A program made the position numbers and the translations under genes. A stretch of 36,214 nt of DNA from an uncultured Pseudomonadota bacterium (GTDB taxonomy: Bacteria; BMS3Abin14): contig CAYVSA010000014.1 of assembly GCA_964454175.1 (NCBI GenBank), positions 1-36,214 of the forward strand, read 5' to 3'. The notes below the pieces were generated by a model. That model saw only the letters and a list, made by a program, of their open reading frames with translations, was not told where the DNA came from and did not search any database. How positions within the stretch are numbered: the first letter of the stretch is position 1; each line of letters opens with the position of its first letter. This document shows positions 28,046 through 36,116 of the stretch, piece after piece.

Positions 28046-29080
28046 ATGTTTGCCGGCACCGGCAGGACAGTTGGAATAGACATCGGTCAAAGGGACATCA
28101 GGGTGGTTCAGCTTAAAGGCGGCCGGCGGCCGGTCATGGAGTCGTGGGTCCTTCTGGAAAAAGAGAAGGGCAACTACGAGGCTGGCAGGTGGAGGCCGGA
28201 CCTGGCACAGGAAATGAAGCTTGCATTTCAGATAAACGGTATCAAGGGCAAGAGGGCAGCAGTTTCACTCCCGGATGCCATGGTCAACCTTTATTATCGA
28301 AAGCTGCCGTCCATGCCTGCCCATGAGCTTGCTAACGCAGTGCTCTGGGAGGTCAGAAAGGAACTCACCTTTCCGGCGGACGATGTTGTTGTTGACCACA
28401 TTTCTCTTGGCAGTGTCTCGGAAGGTTCCGGGACCATGATGGCCTACCTTGTTGCGGTAACCAGGAAAAAGCCCCTTGAGGATTTGTGCAGGAGTCTCGC
28501 CGGGCTTGGACTTAAACTAAACTGTCTGGAGTTTTCCACAATGGCCCAGATCTCATGTCTGAGGGTCCTTGAAAATACTCACGGTACGATCGCCCTGGTG
28601 GACATTGGGGCGTCGCAGACAAATCTCGTTGTTTTGAAGGAAGGTGAGGTCCGCTTCCTGAGGGTCATATCCCAGGGCGGCGACTCCATAACAGAGAATA
28701 TTTCGCACGCTACAGGCCTTTCGTGGTGGGAGGCGGATAAACTCAAGCTGTCGGGAGTGACCCCGGGAAATGATGGAGATCCTGAAGTGGTCCGGGCGCT
28801 TCAACAGGGCCTTGAGTCAATCGTGGATGAGGTCTACCAGACATTTCACTTCTACTCAGCCGAGAGGCGTGAAGGAGGAGTAGACCGCCTGGTGATATCC
28901 GGCGGCGGGGGTATGATGACCGGGATAGCTGGATTTTTCCAGGAGATCCTGGGCCTTCCCACCCAGGTGATAGATCCTTTTTCCGGTGTCTCCGTATCAG
29001 GAAAGATCAGGGACCGTGATCGGATGGAAAGCTCTGGCGCCAGGGTCGCAACAGCTCTGGGCCTTGCCCTTAAGGAGTGA
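28046..29080 (+). CDS. pilM: Type IV pilus assembly protein PilM
   Basis: VGIDIG, VDIGAS.T, GG..IT, ISGGG, ALGLAL actin-like motifs. Confidence 0.93.
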   Translation: MFAGTGRTVGIDIGQRDIRVVQLKGGRRPVMESWVLLEKEKGNYEAGRWRPDLAQEMKLAFQINGIKGKRAAVSLPDAMVNLYYRKLPSMPAHELANAVLWEVRKELTFPADDVVVDHISLGSVSEGSGTMMAYLVAVTRKKPLEDLCRSLAGLGLKLNCLEFSTMAQISCLRVLENTHGTIALVDIGASQTNLVVLKEGEVRFLRVISQGGDSITENISHATGLSWWEADKLKLSGVTPGNDGDPEVVRALQQGLESIVDEVYQTFHFYSAERREGGVDRLVISGGGGMMTGIAGFFQEILGLPTQVIDPFSGVSVSGKIRDRDRMESSGARVATALGLALKE

Positions 29081-29086
29081 TCGAAG

Positions 29087-29674
29087 ATGAAGTACAGGTT
29101 CAACCTGCTTCCGGACAGCTATATGCCCAAGGGTGCAATGGATATCGGCCGCACATTTATCATCATGGTGCTGCTTGTCTTTTCCCTGCTGCTGGTGGCC
29201 ATGGGGATCATGTATGAGAAACGGTTCATTGATATTCAGAACGGCATAACCAGGTTGAACTATCAAAAGAATCAACTGCTGTTCGATGAGGGACAGGCCC
29301 AGAAGGTCCTGGACAGGATAGATGACATCCAGTTAAGGGACGCACGGGACAGGCAGATCCTCAAGGTCCTGGACTCACTGGTCAACGATCGAATAACCTG
29401 GTCGCGAAGCATGGCCCAGATCACCTATATAGTGCCGGACGGGGCGTGGCTTAACAGCATGAGCAGCAGCGGTTTGGGATCTGAGAGGCTGCTGAAGTTC
29501 AGAGGCACTGCACTGTCGAATAAATGGGTTGCCCGGTTTCTGTTCTATCTGGAAAATCACTCTGATTTTTCAGGTGTTCGGCTTGAATACAGCCGGCTTG
29601 TCAAAGTGGGCGACAGGGAGCTCTACAATTTTGAAATTGGTGCCAGGCTTCATCCACCTGCGGGGAGGATCTGA
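29087..29674 (+). CDS. pilN: PilN-family protein
   Basis: FNLLP N-terminal motif, TM, coiled coil, VPDGAWL, G.ALS. Confidence 0.88.
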   Translation: MKYRFNLLPDSYMPKGAMDIGRTFIIMVLLVFSLLLVAMGIMYEKRFIDIQNGITRLNYQKNQLLFDEGQAQKVLDRIDDIQLRDARDRQILKVLDSLVNDRITWSRSMAQITYIVPDGAWLNSMSSSGLGSERLLKFRGTALSNKWVARFLFYLENHSDFSGVRLEYSRLVKVGDRELYNFEIGARLHPPAGRI

Positions 29675-30271
29675 ATGGACCGTCTCCTTCAGCTTATGAG
29701 AAGACTTTTTTCGGGGCGCAAGCTGATAATGAACCTGCTGCTTTTCCTTTGTATGATCATCCTTTTTGCCGTCTTTCAGAATATGTACCTTGTTCCCAAA
29801 CAAAGAAAGATCACCAAGGCCAGGGAGAGCTTGATGGTGCTGACAAATGACGTCAGCGCTCTGCAGGTCAAGGTGGATGACAAGAAGATGAGGGCTCGCC
29901 AGGAGGCTGCCGTACTCGAAAAATACAGGAGCCTTGGAGAGCGGCTTTCCCGCGCAAAGGAAATGCTCCCATCCAGAGAGGACGTGTCGGGACTTCTCGA
30001 CGGTCTTACCGAACCTGGGCGGCGGACGGCAGTCTCCGTCCTGAGCCTGCTGCCCTATCCCCCCGAAGACTTGCCGAAATTGACGCGTTTTTCCTTCAAA
30101 ATCCAGGTAGAGGGCCGGTATCGCAACATCGGGAGGTATCTGGCATCCCTGGAGAACATGGACCGCCTCGTTGTTGTTGATAACGTGCAGCTCTCAGGCG
30201 GTGATGGTGATAACAGGAAGGTTCAAGCCCAGATACTGGCCTCGACCTATATTTTCAAGGAGGGCGGATGA
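29675..30271 (+). CDS. pilO: PilO/MshJ-family protein
   Basis: TM, coiled coil, LPS.EDV..LL, GRY.NIG.YL..LE...RLV. Confidence 0.88.
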   Translation: MDRLLQLMRRLFSGRKLIMNLLLFLCMIILFAVFQNMYLVPKQRKITKARESLMVLTNDVSALQVKVDDKKMRARQEAAVLEKYRSLGERLSRAKEMLPSREDVSGLLDGLTEPGRRTAVSVLSLLPYPPEDLPKLTRFSFKIQVEGRYRNIGRYLASLENMDRLVVVDNVQLSGGDGDNRKVQAQILASTYIFKEGG

Positions 30272-30663
30272 AGATCAGCGGGCGGGCTCGATACTGCTGT
30301 GCTTTGATCATTGCCGTGATGCTTTCTTCTGCCACGCTTTACGGCGCTGCCGTATCCGATATGGACCTGGACTGGTTCAGGGACCGCCCCATGGAGATGC
30401 AGTGGGGCCCTGACCCCTTCCTGCCTAAAGTGCCCATGGGTGAGCAGTCCTCATCAGATCGGAAATTCGATCTGTCCGCCGTCATATTGGGTGGTGAAAG
30501 GCCTGCCGCGGTTATGGACGGAAAGGTTGTTCACAAAGGAGACGTGATAGGGTCTTATCATGTTCTGCGCATTCTTACCGACACTGTGGTCTTGAAGGGG
30601 CAGGCGGGTCTCGTTGCAGTACCATTGAAGCCATTGTTTTCTTTAGGGGGCGATCTTCCCTGA
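30268..30663 (+). CDS. PilP/MshK-like periplasmic protein
   Basis: Signal peptide, DPF motif, LSAVI.....AVMDG.VV..GD.I pattern; between pilO and the secretin. Confidence 0.75.
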   Translation: MKISGRARYCCALIIAVMLSSATLYGAAVSDMDLDWFRDRPMEMQWGPDPFLPKVPMGEQSSSDRKFDLSAVILGGERPAAVMDGKVVHKGDVIGSYHVLRILTDTVVLKGQAGLVAVPLKPLFSLGGDLP

Positions 30664-30678
30664 AAGAAGGGTGTTATC

Positions 30679-31926
30679 ATGAGAATGAATATGGCAGTTT
30701 TAAGAAGGTTGAGCGTAATTTCCCTGCTGCTGGCATTTGCCCTCGTAGCAGCGGCACCGGCGAGTGCCGGACAAAAGTACGATCTGGAATTTCGCGATAC
30801 CGATGTCAAGGACGTGCTCAGGCTCCTCAGTGACCAGGAGGGGATCAATATCCTGATCTCTGATGGAGTGTCCGGCAATGTGACAGCAAGTTTCAGGGGA
30901 GTTACCTTTGATGAGATCCTTGGCTCCGTTTTGAGGATGAATGACCTCAAGGCAGTCCGGGATGGTAGCATACTCAGAGTTGAGAGCAGGGCAGCCCTGG
31001 TATCAAGAGGAGAGACCCTCTCCGGAAGGCTCTATCACCTCAACTTCGCCAGGGCGAGTCTGCTGGCCAAGACTGTGGAAAAAACACTGACCACCGACGG
31101 CACTGTCACCGTGGACGAAAGGACGAACAGCCTCCTTGTACGCGACACGGAAAATTCTCTCCTGCAGCTGGCGGCCCTGGTAGAAGAACTGGATCGCCCC
31201 ACGCCCCAGGTGATGATAGAAGCACGTATAGTTGAAGCAACAACCAACTTTGCCAGGCAGCTTGGCATCAGGTGGGGGTTCGATTATACACACACCGGAT
31301 CAGTGAACCAGGTGGAAGTTTCAGGCACCGCAACGAACAACAGTCTTGTGAACCTTCCGTCGGATACTGTTCACGGCGGTGTAGGGCTCTCCCTGGGCCG
31401 GCTTTCAGGGACCCTCGATCTTGACCTTGAGTTGACCGCCATGGAGGACAACGGATGGGGAAAGATCATCTCGAGCCCCAAGATCGCGACCCTGGATAAT
31501 AACGAAGCGCGTATAAAAAGCGGAGTTCAGATACCTATTCAGGAAGTCACACTCCAGGAGGGCGTTGGAACAACGGAGACGAGTTTTGTCGAGGCTGTGC
31601 TCAGCCTGACTGTAAAACCCCAGGTCACTTCTCAGGGCCGGATAATCCTTGAAATAGTTGCCGATCGCAGTGTGCCCGACTGGGGCAGAGTCATTGACGG
31701 GTTCCCAACAATACTTACCAGGGAGGCTGAGACTCAAGTTATGGTCAAGGACGGTGAGACGGTCGTCATCGGCGGCCTGCTTCAAGAGACCGAGGGGCAG
31801 TCCAATAGCCGGGTTCCTGTGATATCGGACATTCCGATCATAGGGTCAGCTTTCAAGAGCAAGAGAAAAACCAGGGATACCGAAGAGCTGCTGATCTTCA
31901 TAACCCCCAAGCTGATCACGCTGTAG
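30679..31926 (+). CDS. pilQ: Secretin (short PilQ/MshL-type, no AMIN domains)
   Basis: N0 (LEFRDTDV), N3 (VDERTNSLLV), QVMIEARIVE, DGETVVIGGL, VP.ISDIPIIG..F, ELLIFITP. Confidence 0.93.
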   Translation: MRMNMAVLRRLSVISLLLAFALVAAAPASAGQKYDLEFRDTDVKDVLRLLSDQEGINILISDGVSGNVTASFRGVTFDEILGSVLRMNDLKAVRDGSILRVESRAALVSRGETLSGRLYHLNFARASLLAKTVEKTLTTDGTVTVDERTNSLLVRDTENSLLQLAALVEELDRPTPQVMIEARIVEATTNFARQLGIRWGFDYTHTGSVNQVEVSGTATNNSLVNLPSDTVHGGVGLSLGRLSGTLDLDLELTAMEDNGWGKIISSPKIATLDNNEARIKSGVQIPIQEVTLQEGVGTTETSFVEAVLSLTVKPQVTSQGRIILEIVADRSVPDWGRVIDGFPTILTREAETQVMVKDGETVVIGGLLQETEGQSNSRVPVISDIPIIGSAFKSKRKTRDTEELLIFITPKLITL

Positions 31927-31942
31927 GTGCCGGAGGAATTTT

Positions 31943-31977
31943 GTCCAACGCCCAATGACCAAAATCCAATGTCCAGG
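31943..31977. repeat. Heptamer array (GTCCAAC GCCCAAT GACCAAA ATCCAAT GTCCAGG)
   Basis: Five in-phase 7-mers just after the secretin stop. Confidence 0.7.
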
Positions 31978-32097
31978 GTGTATTGTTCGATAACCTGTTA
32001 ACATGGGTCCCGGGCTTTAGACTTTGCCCCGAGGTTTGCGGGTGTCGGTGCAGAAGATGGGGGATTTGATGGATGATACTCTAACAGGAACAATAAA

Positions 32098-32964
32098 ATG
32101 ACCAGACAAGAGCAGGTTGACTCAAAGGAGATCGGACTGGCAGCAGGGTTGATCTTCGGGAAATATTTTCTCGGGACCGAACAGATGCACTATGGTTTCT
32201 GGCCGGGCGACCTGCCCCTTGATATTTCCAACGTGGCCAGGGCCCAGGACCTTTACACTGAATTTCTGTTCTCATTCATACCAGAGGGAACTGTATCTGT
32301 TCTGGACGTAGGCTGCGGAACCGGGGCAAACGCGAAAAAACTCGTAGATAGCGGGTTTTCAGTTGAATGCGTATCTCCCAGCCCCTTCCTGACAGGATAT
32401 GCGCGGAATATTCTCGGAGAAGATGTCCCCATACACGAGAGCACCTTCGAGAAACTTCAGATTGACAGACAATTCGACATGCTGCTGTTCTCAGAGAGCT
32501 TTCAGTACGTTGGCCTCGATGACGTTCTGAACAGCGCTGCCGGGTTCCTGGAAGGTGAGGGCCACATCCTGATATGCGACTTCTTCAGGAGGGGCGGAAC
32601 GCAAAAGAGTTTTATGGGAGGCGGACACAACATCGATGAGTTCCACAAAAGAGTACAGGCTTCGCCCTTCGAGATCGTTGCAGACGAAGACATAACAGAC
32701 AGGACAGCTCCAAACATGGACCTTGTGGACGATCTCCTGGTAAATTTTGCAAAACCGGTCTGGGAGCTTTTTAATTACGCCCTGGACAGCAACCGTCCCC
32801 GAATCAGCCGGTTCCTCAAATGGAAGTACAGGCGCCGCATTGAAAAGATGAACACAAAATATTTCTCCGGACTGAGAAACGCTGATAATTTCAAGGCAGA
32901 TAAGGTGTATAGGCTTTTTCTGCTGAAAATGAAGAGAGATGGGAAATTGGAAATTGGAGATTAG
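32098..32964 (+). CDS. Class I SAM-dependent methyltransferase
   Basis: MHYGFW, VLDVGCGTG motif I, FD.LLFSES. Confidence 0.9.
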   Translation: MTRQEQVDSKEIGLAAGLIFGKYFLGTEQMHYGFWPGDLPLDISNVARAQDLYTEFLFSFIPEGTVSVLDVGCGTGANAKKLVDSGFSVECVSPSPFLTGYARNILGEDVPIHESTFEKLQIDRQFDMLLFSESFQYVGLDDVLNSAAGFLEGEGHILICDFFRRGGTQKSFMGGGHNIDEFHKRVQASPFEIVADEDITDRTAPNMDLVDDLLVNFAKPVWELFNYALDSNRPRISRFLKWKYRRRIEKMNTKYFSGLRNADNFKADKVYRLFLLKMKRDGKLEIGD

Positions 32965-32993
32965 AGCATTAGATATTTGAGCATTGGAGATTA
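32942..32993. repeat. GAGCATTA/GAGATTA/GAAATTG 7-8-mer array (reverse complement of the 516-546 family)
   Basis: GGAAATT GGAAATT GGAGATT AGAGCATT AGATATT TGAGCATT GGAGATT A; overlaps the methyltransferase 3' end. Confidence 0.7.
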
Positions 32994-33052
32994 AAATCGG
33001 TAAACTTCTGACACCCCTCAAGGGGCAGAGGTATGACCGGAACAATTAAATA

Positions 33053-33478
33053 ATGAGTGATTCGCAAAGAGCCAGGATTTTCAGAACCGAGTACAGGGTC
33101 CCCTACGCTGACACCGATGCCGGAGGGGTCGTCTACTACGGCAGCTATCTGAGGTTTTTTGAGATAGGCCGGACCGAGCTCATCAGAGATGCGGGTTTTT
33201 CTGTGCGGGAGTTTGCCGGAAAGGGCCTGCTTTTCCCTGTGGTGAACGTTACGGTTAACTATAAAACTCCTGCAGTCTACGATGATCTGCTTCGTATTGA
33301 AACCGGGGTGACCGCTGTAGGGAGGACTTCCGTGACTTTCGCCAGCAAAGTCTTCAGGGCGGAGGATGCTGTACTCCTGGTCGAGGGGGAGGTAACAATA
33401 GTCTGTGTCGATGATGGTCTTAAACCGAAGAGGATGCCGGTGGAGATAAGGAGCGTACTCGGAGAGGTGCGTAAGTGA
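33053..33478 (+). CDS. YbgC/FadM-family acyl-CoA thioesterase (hotdog fold)
   Basis: RVPYADTDAGGVVYYGSYLRFFEIGRTE, Y..PA.YDD motifs. Confidence 0.92.
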   Translation: MSDSQRARIFRTEYRVPYADTDAGGVVYYGSYLRFFEIGRTELIRDAGFSVREFAGKGLLFPVVNVTVNYKTPAVYDDLLRIETGVTAVGRTSVTFASKVFRAEDAVLLVEGEVTIVCVDDGLKPKRMPVEIRSVLGEVRK

Positions 33479-33496
33479 GGGGATTGGGGTGGCGGT

Positions 33497-33524
33497 TTGG
33501 AACATTGGACGTTTGACATTGGAG
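33497..33524. repeat. Heptamer array (TTGGAAC ATTGGAC GTTTGAC ATTGGAG), reverse orientation of the GTCCAA family
   Basis: Four 7-mers in the thioesterase-CDF gap. Confidence 0.65.
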
Positions 33525-33554
33525 GCGATCATCTCATCACGCTGAACGGAATAA

Positions 33555-34433
33555 ATGAACAACACAGATAAAGTCAGCGAAGCCTTGAAAATTACCAAGA
33601 CCGGGGCCGCGATCAACATCGGTCTCGTGATCCTCAAGATGGTTCTGGGCTATCTTGGTCACAGCCGGGCACTCCTTGCTGACGGTCTCCATTCGATGAC
33701 CGATCTTGTATCCGATGGTGCAGTGATGATCGGCATCGTACAAGGTTCGAAGCCCAGGGACGAAAGTCACCACTACGGTCACGGAAAGGTTGAGATCCTT
33801 GCCGAAATGGTGTTGGGCCTGCTCCTTGTAATGGCTGGGCTCTTCATTGCTGTCGACTCCATAAAGACTTTATTCATCACTGATATCCCTGTGCCGTCCT
33901 CTTTCGTTCTGCCCGCGGCTGCTGTCAGCATAGTTGGCAAGGAATGGTTGTACAGGGTTACAGCCAGAGTGGGTAAAAAACACGACATGCCTTCCCTCAT
34001 TGCCAACGCCTGGCACCACAGAAGCGACGCGCTGACTTCCGTTGGGGTCCTCATTGGTGTGTCCATGTCAGTTTATTTCCCGAAATTGGCTGTGGCCGAT
34101 GCTCTGGTCGGATTCGTGGTTGCCGTTCTGATAATTCGGATCGGTGTCTCTATCGGCTGGCAATCATCCCTCAGGATCATTGATACTGCACCGGGCGAAG
34201 ATTACGAGAAAAGGATCGAGGGAATGATCCTGAATGTGCCCGGGGCACTGTCAGTAAGGGAGATGAAACTCAGGTATGTGGGAAACATGATCGCTGTTGA
34301 AGCTCACCTGGGAATGGATCCTGGTATATCCGTGAGGGAGGGGCACGATATAGCCACGCTTGTCAAGAAAACTGTTATGAGAAATGATGCCCGGATCTTC
34401 GATGTCCTTGTTCATATGGAACCGGAGGAGTGA
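33555..34433 (+). CDS. Cation diffusion facilitator (FieF-like) transporter
   Basis: ALLADGLHSMTD, H.YGHGK.E, NAWHHRSD, C-terminal EGH.IA..VHMEP. Confidence 0.95.
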   Translation: MNNTDKVSEALKITKTGAAINIGLVILKMVLGYLGHSRALLADGLHSMTDLVSDGAVMIGIVQGSKPRDESHHYGHGKVEILAEMVLGLLLVMAGLFIAVDSIKTLFITDIPVPSSFVLPAAAVSIVGKEWLYRVTARVGKKHDMPSLIANAWHHRSDALTSVGVLIGVSMSVYFPKLAVADALVGFVVAVLIIRIGVSIGWQSSLRIIDTAPGEDYEKRIEGMILNVPGALSVREMKLRYVGNMIAVEAHLGMDPGISVREGHDIATLVKKTVMRNDARIFDVLVHMEPEE

Positions 34434-34444
34434 GGTTAGAACGG

Positions 34445-34479
34445 GCTCCACGTTCCAGGTTCCAAGATCCAAAGTCCAG
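34445..34479. repeat. Heptamer array (GCTCCAC GTTCCAG GTTCCAA GATCCAA AGTCCAG)
   Basis: Five in-phase 7-mers between convergent genes. Confidence 0.7.
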
Positions 34480-34527
34480 GGTAAAAAATCGGGGTCCAGG
34501 GATCACTCATGCATATATTGCTTCACA

Positions 34528-35433
34528 TTAATCTTTGTAGAGGTCCGATCCGGGATGGATCCCCTTCCACACGAACCAGTAGACAACTACATGCGGGATC
34601 TCGTTTCCCCCTGAGTCCGTGACCAGAAGCAGATCGGTATCACGGTCATATTCAAGCGTTATGTCATTGCCCTCCAGTTTGTCGGTGAGTGTGCCATTTT
34701 TTCGAAGCGTTTCCACAGGGTAGGCTTTCACTGCGTCTCCGAGCTCGAGGCCTGCTACGAGCTCCTTTTCCTCTTCCCCCGGACCAGCCTTGAAGAAGGA
34801 TGAGAAAAGGCCACTCCTGCTCTTGTAGTAGTCCTCATATGGGTCCAGGCTGTAGTCTCTTGCGAAGCCGGTGTCGAAGGACAGTACCAGGGTGTCAGGG
34901 TATCGCCTGTTCCATTTTTTCCAGGTAGTGACCGAGGAGGAGAGTATCTTGAGTTTTGTGCCGGTCATGGGACCGGTGACAGCCCTTCTTTTCACCTGAA
35001 GCCACAGTGATTCCGTCTGGTGGTCGTACATGAGGACGTTGGACCTGTAAAGCAGGCCGGAAACCCCGAAAGTCATTTTCCTCTGGCCCACTTTACGGGA
35101 GTACACGACTCCCGAAGAGGCCAGGGGTCACCAACTTACGAGGATAGGCTGGCCGTTGACCTCGTCGTTGACAAGCTCGTGCCAGGAGAGGATCCTGATC
35201 GGGTAGGCTCTGGCCTGGTTATCTGAGACAAAGCCAAGGACCCGATCGTCAGGATCCAGCCCGGCATCTGCAGGTTCCACGAATTTCGGGGCAAGTAGAG
35301 CTGGGATCCCGTCCCTGGGCGGTCCTCCGGAAAGGATCTGGTCGGTGGGTATGTCTGTCTTCGAAAAATCCCAAGCTGCGGCCGTTTGGACCGCAGTAAG
35401 AGAGAGAAGGATTGCCAGCAGTGTTTTCAACAT
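34528..35433 (-). CDS. DUF3179-family exported selenoprotein (in-frame UGA at 35128-35130 read as Sec), 301 aa
   Basis: ORFs 35128-35433 and 34528-35106 are in the same frame; signal peptide, GGPPRDGIPAL, AYP..IL.WHELVND, then W-UGA-PLASSG at the family CPLC position, then FGVSGLLY.SN.LMYD.QTESLW; SECIS-like hairpin follows the UGA. Confidence 0.88.
35080..35127 (-). promoter_or_regulatory. Bacterial SECIS-like element
   Basis: mRNA UGA-CCCCUGGCC-UCUU-CGGGAGU[CGUGU]ACUCCCG-UAAAGUG-GGCCAGAGG: lower stem CUGGCC/GGCCAG, perfect 7-bp upper stem, loop starting 20 nt after the UGA with G then U at loop positions 2-3. Confidence 0.85.
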
Positions 35434-35492
35434 GGAATATTACCTTGTCCGGCAGATCAAAATGGAAAATTATTAATGAAGGTGCCTGTTAA

Positions 35493-35501
35493 AATATAGC
35501 A
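35493..35501 (-). promoter_or_regulatory. Possible extended -10 promoter (TG-C-TATATT) for the DUF3179 gene
   Basis: Motif about 60 nt upstream of the ATG in an AT-rich region; no clear -35. Confidence 0.35.
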
Positions 35502-35634
35502 CAGCCTGTGGTTAACGTTGAAAGTTGTAGAAAGGCAAAAGTTGAACATAAGGGTTCATCTCCCAATCAGTTGGCTGGATTCAGGCATGGTGCATTCATC
35601 ATGCCGAGCTTTATGATCATTCATTACATACAGT

Positions 35635-35763
35635 CTGGCAGGGATGAAGGGGATACAGGGGGTGGATTAAACCAACACCGATACGTTCATTCCATACGGC
35701 CTGGAAGGGATGAAGGGGATAGAGGGGGTGGGTTAAACCAACACTGATACGTCGATTCCCCAT
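35635..35763. repeat. Imperfect 66-bp tandem duplication containing the AGGGATGAAGGGGAT motif
   Basis: Copy 1 starts at 35635 (CTGGCAGGGATGAAGGGGATACAGGGGGTGGATTAAACCAACAC), copy 2 at 35701 (CTGGAAGGGATGAAGGGGATAGAGGGGGTGGGTTAAACCAACAC); inverted partner at 35939-35963. Confidence 0.85.
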
Positions 35764-35794
35764 TGTTTGGCTGGGATGGATTGATCTTTTTCAT

Positions 35795-35923
35795 AAACCC
35801 TCACCCGGATTGCTGCTGCTCCTTGATGCCCTGGATGAAAGTGAACTTTTATCCAGGGTACAAGGATCCCAGCTGATTTCAGGGAAATCCCGCTCCTGCA
35901 AGGGAGCGGCCGGGTGAGGGTTT
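35795..35923 (+). ncRNA. Candidate structured RNA / palindromic element (four-way junction)
   Basis: Perfect 14-bp closing stem AAACCCTCACCCGG/CCGGGTGAGGGTTT enclosing three hairpins, one with a GCAA tetraloop; not matched to a family I recognise. Confidence 0.5.
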
Positions 35924-36054
35924 CTAATCCAGGCTATTATCCCCTGCATCCCCTTTATCCCTGTTAAAACCCTTACCACGTCGCGTACGTTATTGATCCT
36001 CATTTTACGAAGGCCAGGGATCAAGCCAAAATCACACTTTTCACTTTCCGAGGA

Positions 36055-36081
36055 GTAAAAAGCCACCCATGGACTTTTTAC
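36055..36081. terminator. Possible bidirectional intrinsic terminator
   Basis: GTAAAAAG-CCA-CCCA-TGG-A-CTTTTTAC hairpin downstream of the minus-strand gene ending at 36117; short GC stem. Confidence 0.4.
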
Positions 36082-36085
36082 GATC

Positions 36086-36113
36086 CTGTCAACGTCAAAC
36101 CTTGAACGTTGAA
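36086..36113. repeat. Heptamer array (CTGTCAA CGTCAAA CCTTGAA CGTTGAA)
   Basis: Shares the exact 17-mer AACCTTGAACGTTGAAC with 4788-4804. Confidence 0.7.
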
Positions 36114-36116
36114 CAC

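Noticed and set aside
33555-34433. Magnetosome MamB/MamM assignment for the CDF transporter
   Set aside because: No other magnetosome genes nearby; generic FieF-like motifs are sufficient
34528-35433. DUF3179 pseudogene with a nonsense mutation
   Set aside because: The stop is UGA exactly at the conserved Cys position, is followed by a SECIS-like hairpin, and both halves look intact
35508-35747. 79-aa ORF with a repeated GRDEGD.GGGLNQH peptide
   Set aside because: The peptide repeat is a by-product of the 66-bp DNA duplication; GTG start without a convincing RBS
35635-35763. CRISPR array
   Set aside because: Only two units, similar along their whole length (no unique spacers), and no cas genes in the window
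35791-36066. 91-aa minus-strand ORF
   Set aside because: Runs through a terminator-like hairpin, repeats and the structured element; no protein motifs
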